From positions 1 to 36,327 of IMG/VR virus record IMGVR_UViG_3300030372_001470: a stretch of 36,327 nt of DNA; one strand, 5' to 3'. The translations under genes were made by a program, and so were the position numbers. The notes beneath the pieces were generated by a model, which worked only from the letters and a program-made list of their open reading frames with translations, had not been told where the DNA came from and did no database searches. This stretch comes from a virus. Lineage: Duplodnaviria > Caudoviricetes. Positions 9,771-17,338 of the stretch are shown piece by piece; the first letter of the stretch is position 1; every line of letters begins with the position of its first letter.

Positions 9771-9933
9771 GTGGTCCTCATTGTGAATGTCTGTGTCCGG
9801 ATTGGGTTATATATATGTAAGTTGCGCGCGCCCGATCGTTCGGGGGTAGGGTCGCGGCATATCCAGGCAAAAAGACCGGCATAAGAGCGACCATCCCCCA
9901 TGCTTTTCAATAAAATAAGCTGGATCAGAGCGG

Positions 9934-9955
9934 TCAAGCACAGATCAAGCACAAA
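9934..9955 (-). repeat. Tandem TGTGCTTGA repeat resembling the attP arm sites
   Basis: Minus strand TTTGTGCTTGATCTGTGCTTGA vs attP 19765-19787 TTTGTGCTTAAATCTGTGCTTGA. Confidence 0.7.
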
Positions 9956-10019
9956 CACAGCGAAATGCCCAGGACTCGCGCGTGCGATTGCTCGCAGTTA
10001 AAGCATTGCCGAACCGAAA

Positions 10020-10436
10020 TCAACCAGCCTTAACGTCAACATCCGCTTTCTCCCAGGATAACGTAATACTCCCCTGGATCTGCTGACCGGCAACATCTTC
10101 CGCCTTATTCCGTATGCCTTTCGGCTGTAGCTGTGTGTGCCTCTTCTGCAATGTATCAACCTTGAGCCGCCTCATTTGCACGTCAGCCATCATTTGTTTC
10201 GGATCGTCCAGCATCGGAGCTCCAAGCACTTCATCGATCTCGTCCTGGATGCGTTCACCCTGGATTGCTTTGGCTCTGATATACATCTCATGTGCCTGGT
10301 CGTTCTTCTGCACATACCGATACACAGTATCATCACTCGGATATCCTGGCAGCTTTGCGATCTGTCGCATCGAGTTCCCCTCGATCAGCTTACCGCAGAT
10401 ATCCTTCATTAATTTTAAATTCATTATTCTTGACAT
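10020..10436 (-). CDS. terS: Terminase small subunit
   Basis: ICGKLIEGNSMRQIAK..GYPS..TVYRY HTH, RRLKVDTLQ, C-terminal ITLSW (Sf6-type pattern). Confidence 0.85.
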   Translation of the reverse strand: MSRIMNLKLMKDICGKLIEGNSMRQIAKLPGYPSDDTVYRYVQKNDQAHEMYIRAKAIQGERIQDEIDEVLGAPMLDDPKQMMADVQMRRLKVDTLQKRHTQLQPKGIRNKAEDVAGQQIQGSITLSWEKADVDVKAG

Positions 10437-10454
10437 TGATCTACCTTATTGACC

Positions 10455-10484
10455 GAACGCAACGCGGTGGAGCGCATTGCGTTC
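10455..10484 (-). promoter_or_regulatory. 12-bp RNA hairpin upstream of terS
   Basis: GAACGCAAUGCG-CUCCAC-CGCGUUGCGUUC; the single mismatch is a G-U pair only on the minus-strand RNA. Confidence 0.5.
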
Positions 10485-10625
10485 AGCTTTATTTCAGAAA
10501 GATATGAAATTAAGAGTTCCAAAAATCTTGTACTCTGGCAGAGCATAGCATCAATATAAGCAGTAATATCGCAAGATCTTGGCAATCTTACCGGAAACGG
10601 TACTACATTTCGTGCATTCGTGCAA

Positions 10626-11090
10626 TCACTTTATAACTAATTTTTGCATCAATCTTTCCGGTTGAATCTTAATCCGGTAAGCCATGCGAACAATCGCATC
10701 AATATAATCTCGCTTAACACTCTTAGCTGAGATCCGCTTGTTACTCGCTTTACTGACCTTTTCCCAGGATGGTCCGCGTTCCCTGGGATAACCATTCTTG
10801 AGAACAGCTGAATAATTAACCGCCCAAATCAACTTCCGATCCTCGACCTCCGCATAGCAAAGACCGAGATCGAGCGCCAGAAAATACCGGTCGATCTCTC
10901 GCGGTGATGCTTTGGGAGCCTTTGGTGTGAATGCTGTGGCATTATATGCGTGCCAGGATTGTTCATACTCAACCCAGCTGGCTAACTTTCTTTTAACAAT
11001 CGCTGGTGGAAGTCGCCGTTCCGTACATGCAGCCTCCAGAAAAAGATTCTCTAAAAACGTCACATCATACGGAATTTCTCTATACAGCAT
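10626..11090 (-). CDS. DUF6362-like protein, putative late transcription regulator
   Basis: EAACTERRLP...ASW..Y...SPREIDR...RKLIWA...SWEKV pattern; last early gene before the packaging genes. Confidence 0.55.
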   Translation of the reverse strand: MLYREIPYDVTFLENLFLEAACTERRLPPAIVKRKLASWVEYEQSWHAYNATAFTPKAPKASPREIDRYFLALDLGLCYAEVEDRKLIWAVNYSAVLKNGYPRERGPSWEKVSKASNKRISAKSVKRDYIDAIVRMAYRIKIQPERLMQKLVIK

Positions 11091-11178
11091 AACGTGTAGC
11101 TACATGTAGTAGAAATAAGTAGTATAACGTGTAGCTCCGCGTACCGGTGTAGCTACCGAGGGTAATCGATTTTTTCAT
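11080..11178 (-). CDS. Tiny ORF (32 aa) spanning the GTAGCT repeats
   Basis: MKKSITLGSYTGTRSYTLYYLFLLHVATRYAV; ATGA-coupled to the upstream ORF. Confidence 0.35.
   Translation of the reverse strand: MKKSITLGSYTGTRSYTLYYLFLLHVATRYAV
11089..11156. repeat. GTGTAGCT repeat cluster with palindromes
   Basis: ATAACGTGTAGCT at 11089 and 11124, GTGTAGCTAC at 11147; palindromes TGTAGCTACA (11095) and CTACATGTAG (11100). Confidence 0.75.
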
Positions 11179-11294
11179 TTTGTAAACACCTTTTTAATAG
11201 AAATAAAAAAGCGCTGCACAATATTGGCATTTCTCCAGGCAAGCAGCTGTCCAAATCTACCGGTAAAATACTTATCGATCTCTGAATTGTTCAT
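11175..11294 (-). CDS. Tiny hypothetical protein (39 aa)
   Basis: MNNSEIDKYFTGRFGQLLAWRNANIVQRFFISIKKVFTK; GAGGT RBS. Confidence 0.5.
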   Translation of the reverse strand: MNNSEIDKYFTGRFGQLLAWRNANIVQRFFISIKKVFTK

Positions 11295-11448
11295 AATACC
11301 TCGCTAGCCAATCAATGATTTGTGGTTCCGTATAGCAGCTTTCATATACAGCTGGGATCCGGTGGAACTGCGCGATCCGCAGCAATCCCCACCCCTGGTT
11401 TATTCGGTAGTGAAAATACTCCCTGGCAATTTCTAAATTATTCTCCAT
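11272..11448 (-). CDS. Hypothetical protein (58 aa)
   Basis: MENNLEIAREYFHYRINQGWGLLRIAQFHRIPAVYESCYTEPQIIDWLARYYEQFRDR; AGGAGG RBS. Confidence 0.65.
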   Translation of the reverse strand: MENNLEIAREYFHYRINQGWGLLRIAQFHRIPAVYESCYTEPQIIDWLARYYEQFRDR

Positions 11449-11833
11449 AAATATTCCTCCTCATTTGTGTAAGATAAGCATCCGTCTGTGAATGATTTTT
11501 CAGCTGCACTACTGTTCCTAATACCTGGATAACCTCATCGAGCGATTTGCATACAGCTGTCGTGTATCCCAGGTTCGATAAGATTTGCAGAGTTTCGTTT
11601 TGATGAACCGATAACGTGTTTCGACCCACCTTTAATTCTATAAATATTGGCTGGACCCCTGGACAAAAGATCTCAAGATCCGGCATACCAGCACGCATCC
11701 CAGCTTTCTTTTGTTTCATTCTCCAGGAAACATGCGATTTCCCCTCATTCGGAGAGTGATGAAAAAGAGATCCGTCCGGCAATGCCACACGCAGATAATC
11801 AGCTACCAGGTTTTGCAGCTGCGCCTCTGTCAT
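11438..11833 (-). CDS. VRR-NUC nuclease (Holliday junction resolvase-like)
   Basis: E..LQ, HHSPNEG, GMRAGMPDL, FIELKV, LS..Q motifs. Confidence 0.88.
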   Translation of the reverse strand: MTEAQLQNLVADYLRVALPDGSLFHHSPNEGKSHVSWRMKQKKAGMRAGMPDLEIFCPGVQPIFIELKVGRNTLSVHQNETLQILSNLGYTTAVCKSLDEVIQVLGTVVQLKNHSQTDAYLTQMRRNIYGE

Positions 11834-12378
11834 ACTTCATTCCCCCAAGCATCCCAACCATCTGTTTTTTGTCGTGCAAACAATTCAATGCGTGGTAGAT
11901 TACCACTATGATCAACAATTAAATTTCTGAAAGTTTGTGGTTTTTCGCTATGTTTTCTTGAGTTAACTTCAAATATAGCTTGTCCATCTGTGGCTATTAA
12001 ATTTTTTAAATCTTTTCTAATTCGAGGTAATTTTCCTTTAACTGCAAACAAAATATGTTCTGTACAACCTCGAAAATAATAACCAAGACCCATTTCTAAT
12101 TGTAAATTAGAATATTGTTTGACCCAACTTAATGTTTGTTTATAATTAAATCCCCAAGCATCACATATTTTATGTGCTTCTCTTACATGAGAATTTGTGT
12201 ACCATAAATATAAATGACAATTATCATCTGATATTTCTTGTACTGGCAAAGATTTAATATCTTTTATATTCATTGTTTTATAATGATGATGTACAGCACC
12301 ATTACCCCAATCTTCTTTATAAGACCAAGGAGGATCAGCATAAATAATATTATATTTCTTGTTAGGAAATGGGATCAT
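11830..12378 (-). CDS. MT-A70 family adenine methyltransferase
   Basis: IIYADPPW, LYLW, WGFNYK, MGLGYYFRGCTEH, HSEKP, RIELFAR, GWDAWGNE. Confidence 0.92.
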   Translation of the reverse strand: MIPFPNKKYNIIYADPPWSYKEDWGNGAVHHHYKTMNIKDIKSLPVQEISDDNCHLYLWYTNSHVREAHKICDAWGFNYKQTLSWVKQYSNLQLEMGLGYYFRGCTEHILFAVKGKLPRIRKDLKNLIATDGQAIFEVNSRKHSEKPQTFRNLIVDHSGNLPRIELFARQKTDGWDAWGNEV

Positions 12379-12596
12379 ACGTCGTCCATAAAGAAATCGT
12401 TAGGCTGTACAGCGCCATCAGTAGCAATCTTGATCCGGCGCATATATTCCTGGCTAGGTCTAACGTGCCTCGCATATCCTGGATGACGTGGATGCAAACA
12501 CCATCTATGAACAACACCGGCGCCGGGAGCATCAAGTTTTTCAGCTAATTGCTTATACGTTAAGCCTCTTTCTAAGCGCCAATCTTCTAATTTCAT
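12375..12596 (-). CDS. cro: Cro-like HTH regulator
   Basis: MKLEDWR...LAEKL...VVHRW...I..ATDGAVQPNDF; divergent from the repressor. Confidence 0.8.
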   Translation of the reverse strand: MKLEDWRLERGLTYKQLAEKLDAPGAGVVHRWCLHPRHPGYARHVRPSQEYMRRIKIATDGAVQPNDFFMDDV

Positions 12597-12777
12597 GTCC
12601 TCAACAACCTCTAAACCAATTTAATACCAATCAATACATGATCAATTTAGTAATCAATATTTCGATCAAGTTTATTGATTTAACAGATTAAGTTATAATA
12701 TACAGATTGCAATATATTTTGTTTATATATGCAATTTAATTTGACACGACCAATAAAGTCTATACTTTGGTAAGTCA

Positions 12778-12795
12778 TGTAACACTTTTTGTTAC
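12778..12795. promoter_or_regulatory. Putative operator TGTAACA-N5-TGTTAY, copy 1
   Basis: TGTAACActtttTGTTAC in the cro/cI intergenic region. Confidence 0.65.
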
Positions 12796-12841
12796 CTATA
12801 TGTTTGACTTTGATTATGTTTTAAGTAGAAAGGAATAAACA

Positions 12842-13576
12842 ATGTTGGATCTCGATAGCATGTCGGAAGTACAAAGCGTTTCAAATTTAAAGAGCCTGGC
12901 TAGAAAAGCAAACTTGTCCGGAGTAGAGATCGCAAAATCAATGGGGTTTAGACCGGAAACAGTATCTAGGCATTTAAATGGACGACAGAATATAAGTATT
13001 GACGATGCGATTAAATACGCAAAAATCTTAAACTGCACAGCTGAAGAAATACTCTTTAAGCGCAGCATGTGTCCTATCATGGGCGAAATGGATACAGACG
13101 GAGTGCTAAAGCTGTTTGGGGAGGACGAATCAAAGCGATTATATTTGGCTGGTCCTTTTAACTTTACGGAGAACCATGGCGCTTATTTCGTGCCTAAGTG
13201 GTTTGCAAAGAAGAAAAATGCGATCTGCATTTTTAACAAAAAACCGCTAGAAAAAAGTTATGTCCACGAGCAATGTATCGGTCAACCTAGTATCTGCAAA
13301 GTTAAGAACACCAAAAGACTCAATTTAGAGGGTAGTCCAATAATCGTAGGATATCCGTTTGAGAACTCAGACTTTGAAACCTATACCATTAGGCGCATGA
13401 CCGCTATAGTGAGCAGTTACCAGGGAAATAAAAGTGTGACCTATCCCAAAACTCTCGACGATAGCGATTCATTGCAAAAGAATTACAACAAAGTCGAGCT
13501 CGAATGGGCAACACCAGCTGGCATCATGCTCTATGATCCCGAATCCTGGGGTTTTGAAATAGTAAAAGATCATTAG
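12842..13576 (+). CDS. CI-like repressor (XRE HTH plus C-terminal domain)
   Basis: EIAKSMGFRPETVSRHLNG...ISIDDAIKYAKIL; divergent from cro; GAAAGGA RBS. Confidence 0.8.
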   Translation: MLDLDSMSEVQSVSNLKSLARKANLSGVEIAKSMGFRPETVSRHLNGRQNISIDDAIKYAKILNCTAEEILFKRSMCPIMGEMDTDGVLKLFGEDESKRLYLAGPFNFTENHGAYFVPKWFAKKKNAICIFNKKPLEKSYVHEQCIGQPSICKVKNTKRLNLEGSPIIVGYPFENSDFETYTIRRMTAIVSSYQGNKSVTYPKTLDDSDSLQKNYNKVELEWATPAGIMLYDPESWGFEIVKDH

Positions 13577-13610
13577 ATTGAGATTTCGATCAATATATTG
13601 ATTTTTGTTA

Positions 13611-13640
13611 TTGACCGATTGTAACAATTATTGTTATCTT
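13611..13640 (+). promoter_or_regulatory. Promoter of the recombination operon, overlapped by operator copy 2 (13620-13637)
   Basis: TTGACC-18-TATCTT with extended -10 TG; TGTAACAattatTGTTAT in the spacer. Confidence 0.6.
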
Positions 13641-13645
13641 TCAGA

Positions 13646-13698
13646 ACGCGCCGCATATCCTATAGTTTTTAATCTGACTCCAAAATACTGCGGCGCGT
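13646..13698 (+). ncRNA. GC-rich stem with large loop in the 5' leader (candidate structured RNA)
   Basis: ACGCGCCGCA / TGCGGCGCGT perfect 10-bp inverted repeat enclosing 33 nt. Confidence 0.4.
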
Positions 13699-13713
13699 AC
13701 CAGGGAGATAAAA

Positions 13714-14619
13714 ATGCCGCTGCCGCAGCTGACACCAGAGTACGCACTACGATTTAATTACTATCACCATAGTAATCCAATGACAGGACCGAGAGGGAGA
13801 AAGCTGTGGGAGAAAATTGTGCTCCGACCGCTGTTATCTGACCTCTTTTTAAGCGATAAAGAGCAATGGGAGTTATTAAACCCCAATCGAGCAACCGGTC
13901 CAAGCGCTATCGCCGGAGTTGCCGTTCAAAAGGCTGTAGATAGTGTGTTAAATATTGATGGATCAGAACCCATGAAACTCGACGAAGCGGTGTCCTGGGC
14001 GAAATCTGAGGGTCTATTTTTCCAAAGTCGCTATTTTTTAGGGGAAAACGTCGGTGAACAAGACGAAATGCTTGTCGAGGTCTACAAAACGATAATTGGC
14101 GACGTAATTAAGAACTCGGTCGAGGGATTAGAGAAAGCGATGGCAAGAGAGAACAAATATATCGGAGAAATTACACTCGAAGATAAGTTGCCAGGTTGTG
14201 AATTGCCGCATCAGACCAGACCGGACTATGCAAGACGTGGAGATCTGAAAACTAAATGGAGCAGCTTAAAAAAATCTTCTTACGTTCCGAAAAATTTATC
14301 CGGCATGTTTGAGAAAAGCTGGCTCTATCAGATTGCTGGCTTTTGGGCGCTTAATGGACAGCAGCCGCCGTTCCTTGTTTGCGCCAATCATAAAGAATAT
14401 AGAATTTTCGACCAGGACAACTCTCCGGAATTAAGTGACGAGAACCTTGATCGAATTGTGCAGCAGATGTCTAGGCATCATCAAACTACCGAGCATTTAT
14501 TAAAAAAGGCAGACAACCAGGAGGATCTCTTTCGATCGCTGGATCCAGAGTGGGATCACATGTTTGCCTGGAACCTACAACCAGAATTAATCGAATTAGC
14601 TAAGAGGAGTTTCAAATGA
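13714..14619 (+). CDS. Putative PD-(D/E)XK exonuclease
   Basis: G.AVQ, E...RPDY...DLKTK, YQIAGFW motifs; paired with an annealing protein. Confidence 0.7.
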   Translation: MPLPQLTPEYALRFNYYHHSNPMTGPRGRKLWEKIVLRPLLSDLFLSDKEQWELLNPNRATGPSAIAGVAVQKAVDSVLNIDGSEPMKLDEAVSWAKSEGLFFQSRYFLGENVGEQDEMLVEVYKTIIGDVIKNSVEGLEKAMARENKYIGEITLEDKLPGCELPHQTRPDYARRGDLKTKWSSLKKSSYVPKNLSGMFEKSWLYQIAGFWALNGQQPPFLVCANHKEYRIFDQDNSPELSDENLDRIVQQMSRHHQTTEHLLKKADNQEDLFRSLDPEWDHMFAWNLQPELIELAKRSFK

Positions 14620-15320
14620 AAGATCAGCTGCACGCAGCAATGGAGGATATTAGCAAACTAAATAAAGAGGGAGTTGTTGTACGAGGAAATAAAAAATACA
14701 CAACTGTTGCAGTACGCATTGAAGTATTTAGAAAGCATTTTCCGGACTATTCCGTAAACACCAGAGTAACAGTAGACGATGCAAAGCGCGTAATTGTCGT
14801 AGCTGAAATATATCCGCCTAACTCAGATCGACCGGTAGCGACCGGCATAGCTGAAGAAATACGCGGTAGCAGTAATGTAAACAAAACGTCAGCGATCGAG
14901 AACGGCGAAACCTCTGCAATAGGTCGAGCTCTTGCCAATCTTGGCTTGCATGGCGGTGAATTTGCCAGCGATTTTGAGATCGAGGTGGCTCAATTAAAGG
15001 ATGCAAAGATTGAATTGAATACAGCTGAGAAAAAAGCAGCTGAGAAAAAACCCAAGGATCCACCGAAAGAAGATCCAGAGGAGGCAGATATCCTGGAAAC
15101 CTTGCGTGATGATAGTGATTTTAGCAGAGATAGCGCTGTCGAAAGAAACGCACAATGGTTTATCGACAGTTTTGATAAAGCAAAAAGTGTGGAACGCATG
15201 AACATTATTTTTAAGGAAAACCAAAAAAGCTACATCGCTTTGAAGAAGCTGGATGAGTCAGCTGCTGCAAAGGTAAAGGCTTATTATGAAATTAGAGAGG
15301 AGCAATTAAGATATGGATAA
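14616..15320 (+). CDS. Rad52/Sak-like single-strand annealing protein
   Basis: KKYTTVAVRIEVFR...ATGIAEE...NKTSAIENGETSAIGRALANLG...ASDFE. Confidence 0.78.
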   Translation: MKDQLHAAMEDISKLNKEGVVVRGNKKYTTVAVRIEVFRKHFPDYSVNTRVTVDDAKRVIVVAEIYPPNSDRPVATGIAEEIRGSSNVNKTSAIENGETSAIGRALANLGLHGGEFASDFEIEVAQLKDAKIELNTAEKKAAEKKPKDPPKEDPEEADILETLRDDSDFSRDSAVERNAQWFIDSFDKAKSVERMNIIFKENQKSYIALKKLDESAAAKVKAYYEIREEQLRYG

Positions 15321-15729
15321 GATTAAAATGCCAGGACAACGACCACATTTCGGAAATGGAAAGTTTAAGATGCTTTCCGGATTAAAATCGGACGTGGAAT
15401 ATCAAGCAGCTGCATGGCTGCAATTTAAGACAGCTAGAGATCCAGAAGGAAAACCGCTGCCGCAATCAGCTGAACAGAGAAAAGCGATAGCCAACCTGGT
15501 TGATGCTTTACGAGAGGCAGCTGTAACGCATGGCGACAACTGCCAGATGCAGTTAGGTATGAGCATTAAGGAGAAAGCTGGACCTGGGGATCCCTGGACA
15601 GTTATCGAGCGCCCTCTCCTATTCCTCGATGTGCCAGAGGATATGAGAAACCAGAGTTTTGCTGATACACCTCCAGAATGGGATAAAGAAAATGACAATA
15701 GTGGAAATGACGACAAACCAAATTGGTAA
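15313..15729 (+). CDS. Hypothetical protein, possibly SSB-like
   Basis: Follows the annealing protein; acidic tail ending DDKPNW. Confidence 0.5.
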   Translation: MDKIKMPGQRPHFGNGKFKMLSGLKSDVEYQAAAWLQFKTARDPEGKPLPQSAEQRKAIANLVDALREAAVTHGDNCQMQLGMSIKEKAGPGDPWTVIERPLLFLDVPEDMRNQSFADTPPEWDKENDNSGNDDKPNW

Positions 15730-15907
15730 ATCGCTCTATACTGTGACCGAGGCTGGAGCGCTGCTGTTTCCGGATCTGAGCAAACCAGCTGCTTACATGA
15801 AACTGCGCCGGATCCTGGCAAGCGGTGACTATGAAATTCACAAGAGCGGACGAACAACCTACCTGGCTCGACATGAATTAAAACGATTGGGAGCCAATTT
15901 AAACTAA
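15707..15907 (+). CDS. Excisionase-like winged-helix protein
   Basis: LYTVTEAGALLF...LRRIL..G...HKSGRTTYLARHEL; ATG 15707 preferred over the track start. Confidence 0.65.
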   Translation: MTTNQIGKSLYTVTEAGALLFPDLSKPAAYMKLRRILASGDYEIHKSGRTTYLARHELKRLGANLN

Positions 15908-15922
15908 CATATATCACCAACT

Positions 15923-15948
15923 AACAGCGCTCCGGCGCTGTTCTTTTT
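15923..15948 (+). terminator. Rho-independent terminator
   Basis: AACAGCGC-TCCG-GCGCTGTT followed by CTTTTT. Confidence 0.8.
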
Positions 15949-15956
15949 AAGTTATT

Positions 15957-15974
15957 TGTAACACATTCTGTTAT
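15957..15974. promoter_or_regulatory. Putative operator TGTAACA-N5-TGTTAY, copy 3
   Basis: TGTAACAcattcTGTTAT upstream of the accessory array; TTGAC-N7-GTCAA palindrome at 15989-16005. Confidence 0.6.
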
Positions 15975-16073
15975 TTTACTTGCAATCCTTGACGAGTTGA
16001 GTCAATAATAGTGAAGAACGGGTCAATTGATTCGAAAAACCCCCCCAAGAGAAACAACGAGAAAGGAGCCAGA

Positions 16074-16586
16074 ATGAGTGATTTTGTTTTGAGCGGTCAC
16101 GATTGGAATGATGCCAGCGGTCCTTGCTGCGGTGTTCTTGCTTGTGCGATAGTTGCTCAAAAGAACTTCAAAGATGTCTGGACCTGGTTCAAAGGCAAAT
16201 ACACTTACTGCGGTGCGGCAAGCTGGAGAGGTGGCACTCACAACAGATGGTACAAACATTACTTAGATCATGCCGGTGTTAAGTATGATTACCTTTACGA
16301 CGTACTACTTCATAGAAAAGGTTGGTTCGACAAAACCTTAATTAATTTCGCCAGAACTGCGGCAGAAAAAGATACTGCTTACTTAATCAGCACCACCGGT
16401 CATGCCCAGGTTCTTTACAATGGCAACGTCGTCGATCAAAGCGGAGTTAAGCCGATTACTCACTATTGGGGAAAACGAAAAAAAATCAGAAACATGTATG
16501 TAATACACGCAAACAAAGACAACAAGATCGACAGCTTGGTTTTTGGATTGCCTTTGTTTGATAACGTGATGAAAGGAACCGCTTAA
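16074..16586 (+). CDS. Hypothetical protein with a papain-like Cys-His-Asp pattern
   Basis: GPCCGVLACAIV ... TTGHAQVLYNGNVVDQ; ATG 16074 follows GAAAGGAG. Confidence 0.65.
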   Translation: MSDFVLSGHDWNDASGPCCGVLACAIVAQKNFKDVWTWFKGKYTYCGAASWRGGTHNRWYKHYLDHAGVKYDYLYDVLLHRKGWFDKTLINFARTAAEKDTAYLISTTGHAQVLYNGNVVDQSGVKPITHYWGKRKKIRNMYVIHANKDNKIDSLVFGLPLFDNVMKGTA

Positions 16587-16888
16587 TGGCTAAGATTACA
16601 AAATCAACAATTAAAAGTTTTATCAGAAAAAACAAAGACAAACTTTACATCAAGGTCAGATCAAAATTTGATGGAATGTACGATTGCTGCATGGAGGTCA
16701 ACAACGGCTTTCACAAGGCATTAGCTAGTGACAGAAACGAACAATACACACTTGGTATTGAGGGTGCTTGGTTTGTAGGTCAAAGCAGAGATTACTTTAA
16801 CAGTTTTGATAACGACGACTTCACCGGCTACGAAATCTTCAACAGCTGTGGTGCGTTTTACTTGGCAACAAAGAAAGGAGTTTCTTAA
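16586..16888 (+). CDS. Hypothetical phage protein
   Basis: GAAAGGA RBS, TAATG coupling. Confidence 0.8.
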   Translation: MAKITKSTIKSFIRKNKDKLYIKVRSKFDGMYDCCMEVNNGFHKALASDRNEQYTLGIEGAWFVGQSRDYFNSFDNDDFTGYEIFNSCGAFYLATKKGVS

Positions 16889-17137
16889 TTGAATAGACCA
16901 TTAGATTTTAAAAAAATGGAGGCTGGGATACCAGCCTCACTCATGATGATCCGAAAAGTTTTTAAGGACAAGACCGGACATGATCCTGGGATCTTAGATC
17001 TCATTACCCTGGCAAAACGACAACCGGATTTGTTTCCAGCTGCTGCACACGCAGACATCAAGATTGCCAGCAAGCACATCGCCGATTGCATATACGACAA
17101 CCTAAGTTTCAACATCAAAAACAAGAAAGGATCTTAA
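16889..17137 (+). CDS. Hypothetical protein
   Basis: AAGAAAGGAG RBS; TTG start directly after the upstream stop. Confidence 0.7.
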   Translation: MNRPLDFKKMEAGIPASLMMIRKVFKDKTGHDPGILDLITLAKRQPDLFPAAAHADIKIASKHIADCIYDNLSFNIKNKKGS

Positions 17138-17338
17138 ATGCTTAAAGGTAAAAAAATTTGTTCTTGCTGCGGTAAAGATGCCGGAGTGTGGGAACAATGG
17201 TTCAACCAAGACAAAGGTTTCGGAATATGTGCAAAGTGTTTTAGCTGGTACAAAACTCTAAATTACACAAAGCACCAACTGCAAGAAATGTTTGGTATTC
17301 CCAACGTAAATTTCAACCAAAAGAAAGGAGCCTCTTAG
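17138..17338 (+). CDS. Small CxxC/CxxC (zinc-finger-like) protein
   Basis: CSCCG...QWFNQDKGFGICAKC; AAGAAAGGA RBS. Confidence 0.75.
   Translation: MLKGKKICSCCGKDAGVWEQWFNQDKGFGICAKCFSWYKTLNYTKHQLQEMFGIPNVNFNQKKGAS

Noticed and set aside
12741-12766. TTGACA...TATACT as the repressor promoter
   Set aside because: The spacer is only 14 bp, so the hexamers cannot be called one sigma70 promoter
15402-15920. 172-aa minus-strand ORF
   Set aside because: Antisense to two coupled plus-strand genes; no RBS evident
16011-16073. Longer GTG start for the first array gene
   Set aside because: The strong GAAAGGAG RBS precedes ATG 16074; the upstream part lies in the probable promoter/leader
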